The position numbers and the translations under genes are program-made. Of a DNA stretch of 64,000 nt, positions 32,021 to 43,735 are shown piece after piece; position 1 is the first letter of the stretch, and the number at the start of each line of letters is the position of its first letter. The stretch comes from an uncultured Alphaproteobacteria bacterium (GTDB lineage Bacteria > Pseudomonadota > Alphaproteobacteria > Rhizobiales > Xanthobacteraceae). Location of the stretch: NCBI GenBank assembly GCA_963822035.1, contig CAWGGC010000006.1, forward strand, positions 360,478-424,477, written 5' to 3'. The notes below the pieces were generated by a model, which was not told the origin of the DNA, did no database searches, and saw only the letters and a list, made by a program, of their open reading frames with translations.

Positions 32021-35000
32021 TTACTCCCTCGCCAAATCCCCGAGCAAACTCGCCGCTACCGACAGCTTCGACAGCGTCAGCCCGGAGCCGGCGATCTCGT
32101 GGATCGCGGAGCGGATGCGCTCGACTTCCGCCTGGCGCGGCTTGACCCAGTCGTCGACCGCGCCGGCCCCTGCGGCGCCGTTGCCGACCATGGCGGCGGT
32201 GATGCGCCGCTCGGCGTCGCCGATCGAATCGAGCGCGCGGTCGAGCGCGAGGCGGTCGAAATAGTCCGACACCACGATGCCGGGCACCGCGCCGGCGACG
32301 CGGTCGAGCTGGAAGAAGGCCTCCGCCGCGAAATAGGTCGCGGTCACCTCGGCGACCGGCTTCTGCGCGCGGTCGGCGACCAGCACGATATCGGGCGCCG
32401 CCTTCAAGAGCGGCAGGTTGGCGAGCCGCCGCGCCAGCGCTTCCGGCACGCCGGCGCGCGTCAGCTCGCCCAGGCGCGCGTCGCGCGCCGCCGCCGCCGG
32501 TTTCGGCAGCGCGTGGTCGAGCGCCGCGGCGACCTGCGCGATGCCGTCGCGATAATGCGAGATGATCGTCTCCAGGCCGCCCTTGGCGGTGGCGTTGCGC
32601 AGCGCCCAGACGATGCGGTCGAGCAGCAGGTCCTGCACCATGGCGTAGAGATCGAGCTGCACCTTGCCGGAGATCTTGTTGTCGAGCGCGTCGATCTCGC
32701 CGTTCAGCTCGACCATGCCGTAGCTCTGCCGCACGGCCGCGAAGGCCGCGGCGACCGCCGCCGGCGCCGCGCCGGTCTGGTCGGCAATACGCACGATCAG
32801 CGTGGCGCCGCCGCGGTTGATCATCGAATTGGTGAGCTGGGTGGCGATGATCTCGCGGCGCAGACGGTGCCGGTGCAGCGCCTCGTCGTAGCGCTGCGAC
32901 ATCTCCTTGGGGAAATAGCGCTCGAGGTCGCGCGACAGGTAGGGATCGTCGGGCACCTTGCTCGCCAGCAATTCGCTGTACAGCGACAGCTTGGCGTAGG
33001 CGAGCAGCACCGACAGCTCCGGCCGCGTCAGCGGCTGGTTGCGCTTGCGCCGCTCGGCGAGCGTCATCTCGTCGGGCAAGAATTCGACGGCGCGGTCGAG
33101 CTCGCCGCGCGCTTCCAGCGTCTGCATCAGGCGTGACTGGAAGCCGAGGTCCTCAAGGCCGCGTCGCTGCGCCAGCGACAGCGCCAGCGTCTGCTGGTAG
33201 TTGTTGCGCAGCACGAGGCGGCCGACCTCATCGGTCATCTCGACCAGCAGCGCATTGCGCGCCTCAAGCGTCAGCGCGCCCGAGCGCACCAGCGGGCTCA
33301 ATGCGATCTTGATGTTGACCTCGACGTCGGAGGTGTTGACGCCGGCGGAATTGTCGATGGCATCGGTGTTCAGCCGAATGCCGGCCATCGCCGCCTCGAT
33401 GCGGCCGCGCTGCGTCATGCCGAGATTGGCGCCCTCGCCGACCACCTTGACGCGCAGATCGGCACCGGTGACACGGATGGCATCGTTGGCACGGTCGCCT
33501 GCCGCGTCGTCGCCCTCGGTCGAGGCGCGGATGTAAGTGCCGATGCCGCCGAAGAACAGCAGGTCGGCGCGCGCCTTGAGGATCGCCTTCATCAGCTGCT
33601 GCGGCGTCACCGCCTCGCCCACGTCGAGCAGCTTCTGCGCCTCGGGGCTCAAGCGGATTTCCTTGGACGAGCGCGGATAGACGCCGCCGCCCTTGGAAAT
33701 CAGCGACTTGTCGTAGTCCTGCCAGCTCGAGCGCGGCAGCGCGAACAGGCGCTTGCGTTCGTTAAAACTTGCCTGCGGATCGGGCTCGGGGTCGATGAAG
33801 ATGTCGCGGTGATCGAAGGCGGCGACCAGCTTGGTCGTCGTCTCGCGCAGCATGCCATTGCCAAACACGTCACCCGACATGTCGCCGACGCCGACCGCGG
33901 TGAACGGCGTCTGATGGATGTTGACGTCCATCTCGCGGAAGTGCCGCTTCACCGCCTCCCAGGCGCCGCGAGCGGTGATGCCCATCGCCTTGTGGTCGTA
34001 GCCGGCCGAGCCGCCGGACGCGAAGGCATCGCCGAGCCAGTAGTCGTGCTCGATCGAAATGCCGTTGGCGATGTCGGAAAAGGTCGCGGTGCCTTTGTCG
34101 GCGGCGACCACGAGATAAGGATCGTCGCCCTCGTGGCGCACTACGTTCTCCGGCGGGATCACCTTGCCGTCCGGCGAATAATTGTCGGTGATGTCGAGCA
34201 GCGTCGCGATGAACAGCTTGTAGGTGGCGATGCCTTCGGCCTGCATTGCTTCGCGGCTCATCGGCAGATGCTTGGGCACGAAGCCGCCTTTGGCGCCGAC
34301 CGGCACGATCACCGCGTTCTTGACCTGCTGCGCTTTCACCAGGCCGAGAACCTCGGTGCGGAAATCCTGCGGCCGGTCCGACCAGCGGATGCCGCCGCGC
34401 GCCACCTTGCCGAAGCGCAGATGCACGCCCTCGACCCGCGGCGAATAGACGAAGATCTCGTAGAGCGGCCGCGGCAGCGGCAGGTCGGTGATTTCGCCGC
34501 TCCTGAACTTGATCGCCAGCATCGCCTTGGGCTGGCCGGCCTTGTCGGTCTGGAAGAAGTCGGTGCGGATCGCGGCCTGCACGGCGTTGACGAAGTGGCG
34601 CAGGATGCGGTCCTCGTCGAGGCTCTGCACGTTCCGCAGTTCCTGTTCGATGCCGCCGACGATCTCCTGCTGTTTGGCCTCGCGGCCTTCCGCCGCGGCG
34701 GCGCGCGGATCGAAGCGGGCGTAGAACAGTTCGACGATGTCGGTGACGATGACGTAGTGCTTGGTCAGCGTCGCCCACATGTAATCCTGCGAATAGGGCA
34801 CGCGGATCTGCCGCAAATAGCGCGACAGCGCGCGGATCAGCGCCACGTCGCGCCAGCCCAGGCCCCCGGCAAGCGTCAGCGCGTTGTAGCCGTCGTTCTC
34901 GGCCGCGCCGCGCATCACCATCAGGAACGCGGCCTCGAGCCGCGCCTTGCCATGCTCGAGCTCGATGGCGCCGCCGTCGCGGCGCTCGAGCAGCATGTCG

Positions 35001-36835
35001 TGGAACCAGACGGTCTTGGCGGCGCCTTTCGGCTCGATGTGGAAGGTGCGCTCGTCGACGACGCGGAAGCCCATGTTCTCCAGCACCGGCACGCGCGCCG
35101 ACAGAGGCAGCGGCTTGCCGAAATTCCACACCTTCAAGCCCACCGCGCGCTGCTCCTCGTGCATGCGGTGATGGAAGTCGACGCCGAGCGGACGCTCCTC
35201 GTTCAGGCTGTCGAGAATGCGCACGTCGCCGGCGGCGACGCTCGGCGCGTAGGTGTCCTGGAAGCCGTGCGGGAAGGCCGCGCGGTAGCGCTCGAACAGT
35301 CCGAGCGCCTTGTCCGGCGCGTACAGCAGCTTCAGCGCGTCGGCAAAGCCGTCGCTCCAGGTGCGGATGATTTCGACAACCGCGTCCTCCAGCGTCGTCC
35401 GGTCGATGTCGGGCGTCTGTCCGTCGGAGCGGCCGATGATGTAATGCACGCGCACCAGCGGGCCTTCCGGGAAGAACGGATAGAAGGCCGAGACGCGGCC
35501 GACGAACACGCCGGCGAGATACTCGCCGATCTTGATGCGGATCGCGCTGTCGTAGCGCTCGCGCGGCACGAACACGAGCACCGAAACAAAGCGGTCGAAG
35601 CGGTCGCGCCGCGCCAGCACTCGCACGTGCGGCCGCTCGTCGAGCCGCATGATGGCGAGCGAGAACTGGTAGAGCGTGTCCTCGTCGATCTGGAACAATT
35701 CGTCGCGCGGATAATGCTCCAGCACGTTGGCGAGCGCCTTGCCGGAATGGCTCTTCGGATCGAAGCCGGCGCGCTCCTCGACATTGGCGATCTTGCGCCG
35801 CAGATACGGAATGCCGTGCGCCGAGCGCGTATAGGCGGTGGAGGTGAACAGCCCGACGATGCGGAATTCGCCGGCGAGGTTGCCGTTGGCGTCGAAGCGC
35901 TTGACGCCGATATAGTCGAGATAGGCGCGCCGGTGCACGCGGGCGTGGATGTTGGCCTTGGCGATGATCAACGGCCGCGGCTCCCTGAGGAACGCCATGA
36001 TCTCCGGCGTGATCTCGAGCAGCTCGTGGCCGCGGCGCAGCACGCGCACCTCCGGTGAGCGCATGATGCCGAGGCCGCTTTCGGAATCCGGCTGCAGCTC
36101 GTGGCCGTCGAACACGTAGTTGCGCACGCCGATGAAGGTGAAGTTGTCGGCGAGCAGCCATTTCAGGAACTCGATCGCCTCGGCGATCTCGTCGACCGGC
36201 AGCGGCGGCGGCGTGGTGGTGAGCTCGGCGACGATGCCGTTGACGCGGTCGAGCATCGCTCGCCAGTCCTCGACCGCAAGCCGGACGTCGCCGAGCACCG
36301 TTTGCAGCGCCGCAACGATCGCCGCGCGCTGCGCATCGTCCTCGATCGGATCGACGTGGATATGCATGAAGCTTTCGCGCAAGACGCCGGCGGCGTCCGC
36401 GGCGCCCAGCGCCGTGAGCTTGCCGTTTTCGTCGCGCTTGACGCCGAGCACCGGGTGCGCGGTGAGGCGGATGGGCAGCTTGCGGTCCGACAACTCGCCG
36501 AGCACCGAATCGAACAGAAACGGCATGTCGTCGTTGACGATCTCGATCACCGAGATCGACTTGCGGTCGCCGGACGCCGCGAGTTGCACGGTGTCGAAGC
36601 GGACCTTCGCCGCGCCGGGCTTGCGCTCGGCGAGGAACGCCCAGGCCCGCGCGGCGAGCATGGCCAGATCGACCGAGCCATAATGCACGACGTCTTCCGG
36701 CACCACGTGGCCGAACAACTGCGCCAGGAAGGTCTGCGGGATGACGGTCGCGCCGCCGGCAACTGCAAGTCCCGCCTGCTCGATCGCCCGTCGGGCGATG
36801 TCCTCGAGGTCGCTGCTCGGAGTGCGGGCGTCCAT
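32021..36835 (-). CDS. Large (1604 aa) NAD-specific glutamate dehydrogenase
   Basis: [69 protein letters not shown]. Confidence 0.96.
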   Translation of the reverse strand: MDARTPSSDLEDIARRAIEQAGLAVAGGATVIPQTFLAQLFGHVVPEDVVHYGSVDLAMLAARAWAFLAERKPGAAKVRFDTVQLAASGDRKSISVIEIVNDDMPFLFDSVLGELSDRKLPIRLTAHPVLGVKRDENGKLTALGAADAAGVLRESFMHIHVDPIEDDAQRAAIVAALQTVLGDVRLAVEDWRAMLDRVNGIVAELTTTPPPLPVDEIAEAIEFLKWLLADNFTFIGVRNYVFDGHELQPDSESGLGIMRSPEVRVLRRGHELLEITPEIMAFLREPRPLIIAKANIHARVHRRAYLDYIGVKRFDANGNLAGEFRIVGLFTSTAYTRSAHGIPYLRRKIANVEERAGFDPKSHSGKALANVLEHYPRDELFQIDEDTLYQFSLAIMRLDERPHVRVLARRDRFDRFVSVLVFVPRERYDSAIRIKIGEYLAGVFVGRVSAFYPFFPEGPLVRVHYIIGRSDGQTPDIDRTTLEDAVVEIIRTWSDGFADALKLLYAPDKALGLFERYRAAFPHGFQDTYAPSVAAGDVRILDSLNEERPLGVDFHHRMHEEQRAVGLKVWNFGKPLPLSARVPVLENMGFRVVDERTFHIEPKGAAKTVWFHDMLLERRDGGAIELEHGKARLEAAFLMVMRGAAENDGYNALTLAGGLGWRDVALIRALSRYLRQIRVPYSQDYMWATLTKHYVIVTDIVELFYARFDPRAAAAEGREAKQQEIVGGIEQELRNVQSLDEDRILRHFVNAVQAAIRTDFFQTDKAGQPKAMLAIKFRSGEITDLPLPRPLYEIFVYSPRVEGVHLRFGKVARGGIRWSDRPQDFRTEVLGLVKAQQVKNAVIVPVGAKGGFVPKHLPMSREAMQAEGIATYKLFIATLLDITDNYSPDGKVIPPENVVRHEGDDPYLVVAADKGTATFSDIANGISIEHDYWLGDAFASGGSAGYDHKAMGITARGAWEAVKRHFREMDVNIHQTPFTAVGVGDMSGDVFGNGMLRETTTKLVAAFDHRDIFIDPEPDPQASFNERKRLFALPRSSWQDYDKSLISKGGGVYPRSSKEIRLSPEAQKLLDVGEAVTPQQLMKAILKARADLLFFGGIGTYIRASTEGDDAAGDRANDAIRVTGADLRVKVVGEGANLGMTQRGRIEAAMAGIRLNTDAIDNSAGVNTSDVEVNIKIALSPLVRSGALTLEARNALLVEMTDEVGRLVLRNNYQQTLALSLAQRRGLEDLGFQSRLMQTLEARGELDRAVEFLPDEMTLAERRKRNQPLTRPELSVLLAYAKLSLYSELLASKVPDDPYLSRDLERYFPKEMSQRYDEALHRHRLRREIIATQLTNSMINRGGATLIVRIADQTGAAPAAVAAAFAAVRQSYGMVELNGEIDALDNKISGKVQLDLYAMVQDLLLDRIVWALRNATAKGGLETIISHYRDGIAQVAAALDHALPKPAAAARDARLGELTRAGVPEALARRLANLPLLKAAPDIVLVADRAQKPVAEVTATYFAAEAFFQLDRVAGAVPGIVVSDYFDRLALDRALDSIGDAERRITAAMVGNGAAGAGAVDDWVKPRQAEVERIRSAIHEIAGSGLTLSKLSVAASLLGDLARE

Positions 36836-37096
36836 TCGTCCTCGCGCGAGGCCACGTGTGAATCAGTTGAGGCGGAATTTGAGTGTTCACATTCCGCTGG
36901 CGGGCGTCGAGAGCAACACACCATTTGGTGACGCGCTGTTGACAGCAACATTTGCTGCATTTGCGAAGCCGCCGCAGGGCGCGGCGCGCGCGGTAAGGCC
37001 ATGGAACAAAAGGGAAATGGGAGCCACCGGGTCGTATCGCGGCGGCTCGTAACATTGTAGGCTCAAGGACGGGGACGTACGAAAGGGGCGCGTGCA

Positions 37097-37843
37097 ATGC
37101 CGAAAATCAACAAAACCAGCAAAGCGGCGGTGAAGCCGGTGGTGGCCACATCGGCCAAGGTTCAGCCGGCGCTGCGCGCTATCAAGGGCGGCATGGCCCC
37201 GCCACAGAAGGCAAAGCCGGCCGCGCCGGCCGCGAAAGCGATAAAACCTGTGCCGGGCAAACCCGTGCCGGCGCCGGCCGACGATTCACCGGTCATCGCG
37301 CTCAATCTGCCGCAGGCGAAACTCACCCCGGCGATGGCCGCCTATTTCAAGAAATGCCAGGACAAGCTCGGCTTCGTGCCCAACGTGCTGGTCGCCTATG
37401 CCTTCGACATGGCGAAGCTCGAGACCTTCGTCGCCATGTACAACGATCTGATGTTCGGCGAGTCGGGCCTGTCCAAGCTCGAGCGCGAGATGATCGCGGT
37501 CGCGGTGTCGTCGCAGAACCGTTGCTACTATTGCCTCACCGCCCACGGCGCCGCCGTGCGGCAGTACTCCGGCAATCCACTGCTCGGCGAGCACATGATG
37601 ATGAACTACCGCGTCGCGCGGCTTAACAAGCGCCAGCGCGCCATGCTCGACTTCGCCGTCAAGCTCACCGCGGCGCCGTGGAGCGTCGAGGAAGGCGACC
37701 GCGAGCGGCTGCGGCGCGCCGCTTTCTCCGACCGCGACATCTGGGACATTTCGGCGGTCGCTGCGTTCTTCAACATGTCGAATCGCGTCGCCTCGGCGAC
37801 CGACATGCGGCCAAACACGATCTATCACACGCAGGCGCGCTAG
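37097..37843 (+). CDS. AhpD/CMD peroxidase-related enzyme with Lys/Ala/Pro-rich N-terminal extension
   Basis: EREMIAVAVSSQNRCYYCLTAHG; KLGFVPNV. Confidence 0.88.
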   Translation: MPKINKTSKAAVKPVVATSAKVQPALRAIKGGMAPPQKAKPAAPAAKAIKPVPGKPVPAPADDSPVIALNLPQAKLTPAMAAYFKKCQDKLGFVPNVLVAYAFDMAKLETFVAMYNDLMFGESGLSKLEREMIAVAVSSQNRCYYCLTAHGAAVRQYSGNPLLGEHMMMNYRVARLNKRQRAMLDFAVKLTAAPWSVEEGDRERLRRAAFSDRDIWDISAVAAFFNMSNRVASATDMRPNTIYHTQAR

Positions 37844-37844
37844 G

Positions 37845-37998
37845 TCCCTCTCCCCGCCTGCGGGGAGAGGGTGGTGAGCGCCGACAGGCGCGAGCCGGGT
37901 GAGGGGCGGCGCCACTCAAGTATGGTACCAATGCCCCCTCACCCGACTTCCTCGCCATCGCTCGGAAGTCGACCTCTCCCCGCACGCGGGGAGAGGTG
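37845..37998. repeat. Family A repeat variant (CCTCTCCCCG..CGGGGAGAGG)
   Basis: tccctctccccgcctgcggggagagggt ... gacctctccccgcacgcggggagaggtg. Confidence 0.85.
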
Positions 37999-38008
37999 AA
38001 AGAGAGCC

Positions 38009-39709
38009 ATGCGTCGGTCCCTCACCGCTTTCCTGATCGCTTTTCTCGTCCTCGCATTTGGCGCCCACGCACAGCCGACGATACCACCGGCAACTCCCAT
38101 CCTCGGCCACAACGGCATGGTGGTGGCGCAGGAGAGCCGCGCCGCGCGCATCGGCATCGAAGTGCTCGACCGCGGCGGCAACGCGGTCGATGCCGCGGTC
38201 GCGGTCGGCTTTGCGCTCGCCGTAACCTATCCGCGCGCCGGCAATCTCGGCGGCGGCGGCTTCATGGTGATCCACCTTGCCAAAGGTAATCGCGACACGG
38301 CGATCGACTACCGCGAGACCGCGCCGGCGGCCGCGACGCCGACCATGTTCCTCGACGCGCAAGGCAATCCCGACCCGCACAAGTCGCGCGATTCCGCGCT
38401 CGCCATTGGCGTGCCCGGCACCGTCGCCGGGCTCGCGCTGGCCGAGCAGAAATACGGCTCGCACAAGCTGTCGCTCGCCGAGCTGATCGCGCCGGCGATC
38501 CAACTCGCGCAGGAAGGCTTCCCGGTCGAGGACGACCTGGCCGACTCGCTGCCGGCCGCGCGCGAGCGGCTGGCGCGCTGGCCGTCTTCCGCCGCGATCT
38601 TCCTCAACGGCGGACAGGTGCCGCGGAACGGCGACACACTGCTGCAGTTCGATCTTGCCGACACGCTCACGGCGATTGCGCAGCAGGGCCCGCAAGCCTT
38701 CTACCAGGGCGACATCGCCGCAAGAATCGCCGACGCGGTGCATGAGGCCGGCGGCATCATGACCGCGGACGACTTGAAGAACTACCGCGCCATCGAGCGC
38801 CCGGTGGTGCGCGGCAGCTACCGCGGCTACGACATCGTCTCGATGCCGCCGCCATCGTCGGGCGGCGTGGCGCTGATCGAGATGCTCAATATTCTCGAGG
38901 GCTACGATCTCGCCAAGCTCGGCCGCGGCGATGAGGCGCTGCACCTCACCATCGAGGCGATGAAGCGCGCCTATGCCGACCGCGCCGTCTATATGGGCGA
39001 TCCCGACAGCGTCACCATGCCGATTGCCGGCCTGATCTCGAAGAAATACGCGGCGTCGTTGCGCGAGGGTATCACCGACAAGGCGACGCCCGCCGCCGAC
39101 ATCCGGCCCGGTCAGCCTGCCGATTACGAGGGCCGCAACACCACGCATTTTTCCGTCATCGACCGCGACGGCAACGCGGTGTCGAACACCTATACGCTCA
39201 ACTTCTCCTACGGCGTCGGCCTGGTCGCCGACGGCACCGGCGTGCTGCTCAACAACGAGCTCGACGATTTCACCGCCAAGCCCGGCACCGCCAATGCCTA
39301 TGGCCTCGTCGGCTTCAACGCCAACCTGCCCGGCCCCGGCAAGCGGCCGCTGTCGTCGATGACGCCGACCATCGTGCTGAAGGACGGCAAGCCGGTCCTC
39401 GTCACCGGCTCGCCCGGCGGCAGCCGCATCATCACCGCGGTACTTCAGGTGATCGAAAACGTCATCGACTTCCACATGGACATTGCGCAAGCCGTGAGCG
39501 CGCCGCGCCTGCACGACCAGTGGGAACCGGATCAGGTCTATGTCGAGCCGGGCTTTGCGCCCGCCGTGCTCGATGCGCTCGCCGCGCGCGGCCACACCAT
39601 CGTGCCGACCGAGCCGCACACCGCGGCAAATTCGATCGCCGTCACCAAGGACGGCTATGTCGGCGCCGCCGACACGCGCACCCGCGGCGCCCTGGCGGCG
39701 GGGTATTAG
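38009..39709 (+). CDS. ggt: Gamma-glutamyltransferase
   Basis: Signal peptide; GGNAVDAA, IDYRETAP, NTTHFSV, LLNNELDDF, KRPLSSMTP, GSPGGSRII. Confidence 0.95.
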   Translation: MRRSLTAFLIAFLVLAFGAHAQPTIPPATPILGHNGMVVAQESRAARIGIEVLDRGGNAVDAAVAVGFALAVTYPRAGNLGGGGFMVIHLAKGNRDTAIDYRETAPAAATPTMFLDAQGNPDPHKSRDSALAIGVPGTVAGLALAEQKYGSHKLSLAELIAPAIQLAQEGFPVEDDLADSLPAARERLARWPSSAAIFLNGGQVPRNGDTLLQFDLADTLTAIAQQGPQAFYQGDIAARIADAVHEAGGIMTADDLKNYRAIERPVVRGSYRGYDIVSMPPPSSGGVALIEMLNILEGYDLAKLGRGDEALHLTIEAMKRAYADRAVYMGDPDSVTMPIAGLISKKYAASLREGITDKATPAADIRPGQPADYEGRNTTHFSVIDRDGNAVSNTYTLNFSYGVGLVADGTGVLLNNELDDFTAKPGTANAYGLVGFNANLPGPGKRPLSSMTPTIVLKDGKPVLVTGSPGGSRIITAVLQVIENVIDFHMDIAQAVSAPRLHDQWEPDQVYVEPGFAPAVLDALAARGHTIVPTEPHTAANSIAVTKDGYVGAADTRTRGALAAGY

Positions 39710-39730
39710 CCAAGTTTTGAGAGAGAAAGT

Positions 39731-39805
<75 letters not shown>

Positions 39806-39898
39806 ATCCGTTGGTTATCTGGCCGGTCGCCGACCGGCCGCCAAGGCCGTTCCTATAGGAAAAGCGCGCCGCCTTGGCAACTACGACCGGATTCGCGG

Positions 39899-40166
39899 TT
39901 AACCCGCATGATGGCGCGGTTTGCGGTGCGCCCGCGGCCCGGAAGCCGGCGGAATAAAGGCCGGGTTCGGATTGCAGAAGCCGCGGTTGCCCGCCAGCAC
40001 ATTGGGCCGGCACGCCTCGATCGAATTGTAGTGGCAGTCCCAATAGGCATCGCCCATGCCCATAATCTGAACCGCGCACCAGGGCGCGCTGCCCCCGGCG
40101 AGCGCCGGGGCGCTGCCGCAGGATGACGCCAGCGCCAGGGCGAAAGCCGCAATCCCGATCGCGCAT
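39899..40166 (-). CDS. DUF3551-like small secreted Cys-rich protein (absent from the ORF track owing to an indel just after the ATG)
   Basis: GGAGGAGG RBS; corrected frame: signal-like IGIAAFALALA, then APWCAV...WDCHYNSIEACRPNVLAGNRGFCNPNP. Confidence 0.72.
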
Positions 40167-40235
40167 CTGCAAGCCTCCTCCCGGGACTAACCCCGCAGGC
40201 GACAGCTTTGTTGCCAGCAACTATGGTGCGCCGCC

Positions 40236-40752
40236 ATGGCCGCAAGCCCCGACGACCTTTTTGCCGAACTGGACCGGCTCGGCATCCCGCACAAGACCGT
40301 CAAGCACCCGCCGGTCTTCACCGTCGAGCAGGCCCGCCAGTTGCGCGGCGAGCTGCCCGGCGGCCACACCAAGAACCTGTTCCTGCGCGACAAGAAACAC
40401 GCGCTTTATCTCGTCGTGGCGCTGGAAGACGCCGAGATCGAGCTCAAGAGCCTGCACCGCCGCCTCGGCGCCACGGGCCGCTTCTCGTTCGGTTCGTCGG
40501 ATCTGCTGCGCGAGGTCTGGGGCGTCGAGCCCGGCTCGGTCACCCCGTTCGGCGCCATCAACGACACGGCAGGGCCGCGTCACCGTGGTGCTCGATGCCG
40601 ACATGATGACGCACGACGTGCTCAACTACCACCCGCTCGATAACCGCATGACCACCTCGATCGCCCGCGACGACCTGATCAAATTCCTCGAAGCCACCGG
40701 CCATAGGCCGCGGATCGAGACGGTCTCCGGGCCATCCGCCGAGGGGGTCTGA
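40236..40752 (+). CDS. YbaK/ProX-type aminoacyl-tRNA deacylase; frameshift near 40570
   Basis: HPPVFTVE, HTKNLFLRDKK, GVEPGSVTPFG, NYHPLDN. Confidence 0.9.
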
Positions 40753-40820
40753 CCCGATTGCAATCAATGCCCGGATGCCCATTTAATCGGGCAACCGGAA
40801 CCAAAAAGGCCAGGAAAACG

Positions 40821-41723
40821 ATGCTGCAGAACGGCGGGGGAATGACGGCTGCGGCCGACGTGGTGAAGGACACCACCACGCAAACTTTCATGAAGGACGT
40901 GATCGAGGAATCCAAGCGCCAGCCGGTGCTGGTGGATTTCTGGGCGCCGTGGTGCGGCCCCTGCAAGCAGCTGACGCCGGTTCTGGAAAAGGCGGTGAAG
41001 AACGCCAAGGGCGCGGTCAAGCTCGCCAAGATGAACATCGACGAGCACCCGGCGATTCCCGGGCAGATGGGCATCCAGTCGATCCCCGCGGTCATCGCCT
41101 TCGTCAACGGCCAGCCGGCCGACGGCTTCATGGGCGCGATCCCGGAGGCGCAGGTCAACGCCTTCCTCGAGCGGCTGACCAAGGGCAAAGCCGGCGGCGA
41201 AGAAAAGGACATGCTCAAGGCCGCCGACGAGGCGCTGATCGGCGGCAATCCGGCCGCGGCCGCCGAGATCTACGCGCAGCTCTTGAGCGAGGACGCCGCC
41301 AACGTGCACGCGCTCGCCGGACTTGCGCGCTGCTACGTCGAGACCGGCGCGCTCGAGCAGGCCAAGCAGACGCTCGCCATGGTGCCGGAGGCAAAACGCA
41401 ACGAGGCGCCGGTCGCCGCCGCGCGCGCCGCGCTCGAGATCGCCGAGCAGGCGAAATCGCTCGGGCCGCTCGCCGAGCTCGAGGCCACGGTGCTTGCCAA
41501 TCCGCTCGACCATCAGGCGCGCTTCGACCTTGCCGTCGCGCTCAACGCCAAGGGCAGCCGTGGCGACGCCGTCAACCAGTTGCTCGAGATCGTGCGCAAG
41601 GATCGCAAGTGGAACGACGACGGCGCGCGCAAGCAGCTGGTGCAGTTCTTCGAGGCCTGGGGCCCGACCGACGAAGCCACCGTCGAAGGCCGCAAGCGGC
41701 TGTCGTCGATTTTGTTTTCGTAG
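40821..41723 (+). CDS. Thioredoxin-TPR chaperedoxin (YbbN/CnoX family)
   Basis: DFWAPWCGPCK; C-terminal TPR; GRKRLSSILFS end. Confidence 0.92.
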   Translation: MLQNGGGMTAAADVVKDTTTQTFMKDVIEESKRQPVLVDFWAPWCGPCKQLTPVLEKAVKNAKGAVKLAKMNIDEHPAIPGQMGIQSIPAVIAFVNGQPADGFMGAIPEAQVNAFLERLTKGKAGGEEKDMLKAADEALIGGNPAAAAEIYAQLLSEDAANVHALAGLARCYVETGALEQAKQTLAMVPEAKRNEAPVAAARAALEIAEQAKSLGPLAELEATVLANPLDHQARFDLAVALNAKGSRGDAVNQLLEIVRKDRKWNDDGARKQLVQFFEAWGPTDEATVEGRKRLSSILFS

Positions 41724-41730
41724 CTTGATC

Positions 41731-41825
41731 CGTCATCCTGAGGTGGTCGCGAAGCGGCCCTCGAAGGATGACGGGCACGGGCTGTCATCCTTCGAGGCTC
41801 GCTACACTCGCTCCTCAGGATGACG
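41731..41825. repeat. Family D CGTC-tagged repeat (GTCATCCTGAGG..CCTCAGGATGAC)
   Basis: Terminal inverted repeat cgtcatcctgagg/cctcaggatgacg; internal cctcgaaggatga/tcatccttcgagg. Confidence 0.88.
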
Positions 41826-41855
41826 AGAAGCGCTGGCGATTGTGGAAGCAATTCC

Positions 41856-42530
41856 ATGCCGATGAACGCCCAGTACCGCGGGCCGATCGAGCTGCCGGAG
41901 GTGATCCCGGCGTTTCCGCTGCCGGGCGCATTGCTGTTGCCGCGCGGGCAGATGCCGCTCAACATTTTCGAGCCGCGCTACCTCGCCATGATCGACGACA
42001 GCTTGCGCGACGGCCACCGTCTCATCGGCATGATCCAGCCCGACGTCGCGCATTCCGGCTCGCCGGACAAGCCGAAGCTGTTCACCATCGGCTGCGTCGG
42101 CCGCATCACCCAGCTCGCCGAGAGCGGCGACGGCCGCTATCTCATCGAACTGACCGGCGTCGCGCGCTTCCGCGTCGTCGAGGAGCTTGCCGTGCACACC
42201 GCCTATCGCCAGTGCCGCGTCACTTTCGCGCCGTTCGCCGACGACTTTGTCGCCCGCAAGGGCGAGAACGCGGTCGACCGCAACGCGCTCTTGCGCGCGC
42301 TCGGCGACTTCCTCAAGGCCAATGATCTCAAGGCCGACTGGGAGGGCATCGACAAGGCGCCGAACGAGGCGCTGGTCAACGCGCTCGCCATGATGTCGCC
42401 CTACGGCGCGGCGGAAAAGCAGGCGCTGCTCGAGGCGCCCGACCTGAAAACCCGCGCCGAAGTGCTGATCGCCATCACCGAAATCGAGCTCGCCAAGAAG
42501 AACACCGAGGGCGACCCCAAGCTGCAGTAG
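41856..42530 (+). CDS. Lon-protease N-terminal-domain protein
   Basis: FPLPGALLLP, LNIFEPRY, GCVGRIT, EKQALLEA. Confidence 0.9.
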   Translation: MPMNAQYRGPIELPEVIPAFPLPGALLLPRGQMPLNIFEPRYLAMIDDSLRDGHRLIGMIQPDVAHSGSPDKPKLFTIGCVGRITQLAESGDGRYLIELTGVARFRVVEELAVHTAYRQCRVTFAPFADDFVARKGENAVDRNALLRALGDFLKANDLKADWEGIDKAPNEALVNALAMMSPYGAAEKQALLEAPDLKTRAEVLIAITEIELAKKNTEGDPKLQ

Positions 42531-42599
42531 TTGGACCGACCGGCGTCGTGCAAGCGGCCCCGTCGTGCTATAATCTGCCGAAACGCCGGAGCCCACCTC

Positions 42600-42803
42600 A
42601 TGTCCACCACCCAACCGCCCGAACGCCCCACCGGCGGCGTCGATCCGAAGCTCTTGGAAATCCTGGTCTGCCCGCTGACCAAGGGTCCGCTGGAATACGA
42701 CGCCGCCAATCAGGAGCTGATCTCGCGCAAGGCCAAGCTCGCCTATCCGATCCGCGACGGCATCCCGATCATGCTGCCGGAGGAGGCAAGAAGGTTGGAG
42801 TAA
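42600..42803 (+). CDS. Trm112/YcaR-family protein
   Basis: [11 protein letters not shown]...[11 protein letters not shown]. Confidence 0.92.
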   Translation: MSTTQPPERPTGGVDPKLLEILVCPLTKGPLEYDAANQELISRKAKLAYPIRDGIPIMLPEEARRLE

Positions 42804-42812
42804 CCCTGCTCG

Positions 42813-42910
42813 CGTCATCCTGAGGTGGCCGCCGAAGGCGGCCCTCGAAGGATGATCGGCCCGAGCATGTCATCCTTCGAGGCTCGCTGCGCTCGCTCCT
42901 CAGGATGACG
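42813..42910. repeat. Family D repeat
   Basis: Closely matches 41731-41825. Confidence 0.88.
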
Positions 42911-42945
42911 ATCAATCGCAGAACGCGCGGCATAGGGAGACGTGA

Positions 42946-43575
42946 ATGATCAAGATCTGGGGGCGCAACACCTCGTCCAATGTGCAGAAGGCGATGTGGG
43001 CGGTCGGCGAGCTCGGCCTTGCGCACACGCGCATCGACATCGGCGGCGCGTTCGGCATGAACCGGGAGCCGAAATATCTGGCGATGAATCCGAACGGCCT
43101 GGTGCCGACGCTCGAGGAAGACGACGGCTTCCTGTTATGGGAATCGAATTCGATCTGCCGCTATCTCGCCGGCAAGCACGACAAGGCGGCCGTGCTGGAG
43201 CCGAAGGACGCTCATCAGCGCGCGCTCGCCAGCCAATGGATGGATTGGCAATTGTCGGTGCTCGGCCCCGCAATCACGCCGGCGTTCTGGGGACTGATCC
43301 GCACGCCGCCGGAAAAGCGCGACGCTGCCGCGATCAAGACCTCGCAGGAGAAAACCGTCACCGCCATGCTGATGCTCGAAGGGCAATTGGCGAAAACGCC
43401 GTTCGTCGCCGGGCCGGCCTTTTCTTACGGTGACATTCCTGTCGGCGTCATGTGCTACCGCTACCGGCAACTGGTGCCGGATCGCCCGAAGACGCCCAAT
43501 CTCGACCGCTGGTACGACGCGATCTCGTCACGCAAAGCATTCAAGGACCACGTCGGCGCAGTGCCGCTGAGCTGA
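42946..43575 (+). CDS. Glutathione S-transferase (GstB/YliJ-like)
   Basis: IWGRNTSSNVQK, NPNGLVPTL, WESNSICRYL, WMDWQ. Confidence 0.93.
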   Translation: MIKIWGRNTSSNVQKAMWAVGELGLAHTRIDIGGAFGMNREPKYLAMNPNGLVPTLEEDDGFLLWESNSICRYLAGKHDKAAVLEPKDAHQRALASQWMDWQLSVLGPAITPAFWGLIRTPPEKRDAAAIKTSQEKTVTAMLMLEGQLAKTPFVAGPAFSYGDIPVGVMCYRYRQLVPDRPKTPNLDRWYDAISSRKAFKDHVGAVPLS

Positions 43576-43576
43576 T

Positions 43577-43735
43577 ATCCCTCCCCTGAAAGGGGAGGGT
43601 CCGGCGCGAAGCGCCGGGGGTGGGGTTACAGCGACGCAGCCCCACTCGTCTCGCATCTCGCCATAGCGCGTCGAAGACGCACGTGAACGCGCTAATCGCT
43701 CGATGCTCGCCACCCTCCCCCTTCGGGGGAGGGAT
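43577..43735. repeat. Family A repeat with nested module F (43661-43697), between convergent genes
   Basis: atccctcccctgaaaggggagggtccggcgcgaagcgccgggggtggggttac nearly identical to the reverse complement of the right arm of the 31860 copy. Confidence 0.87.

Noticed and set aside
33809-37097. Very long alternative-frame and antisense ORFs over gdh, and similar ones over ggt, ftsK and the HerA gene
   Set aside because: Shadow ORFs caused by high GC3 codon bias; Arg/Ala/Gly-rich with no recognisable motifs.
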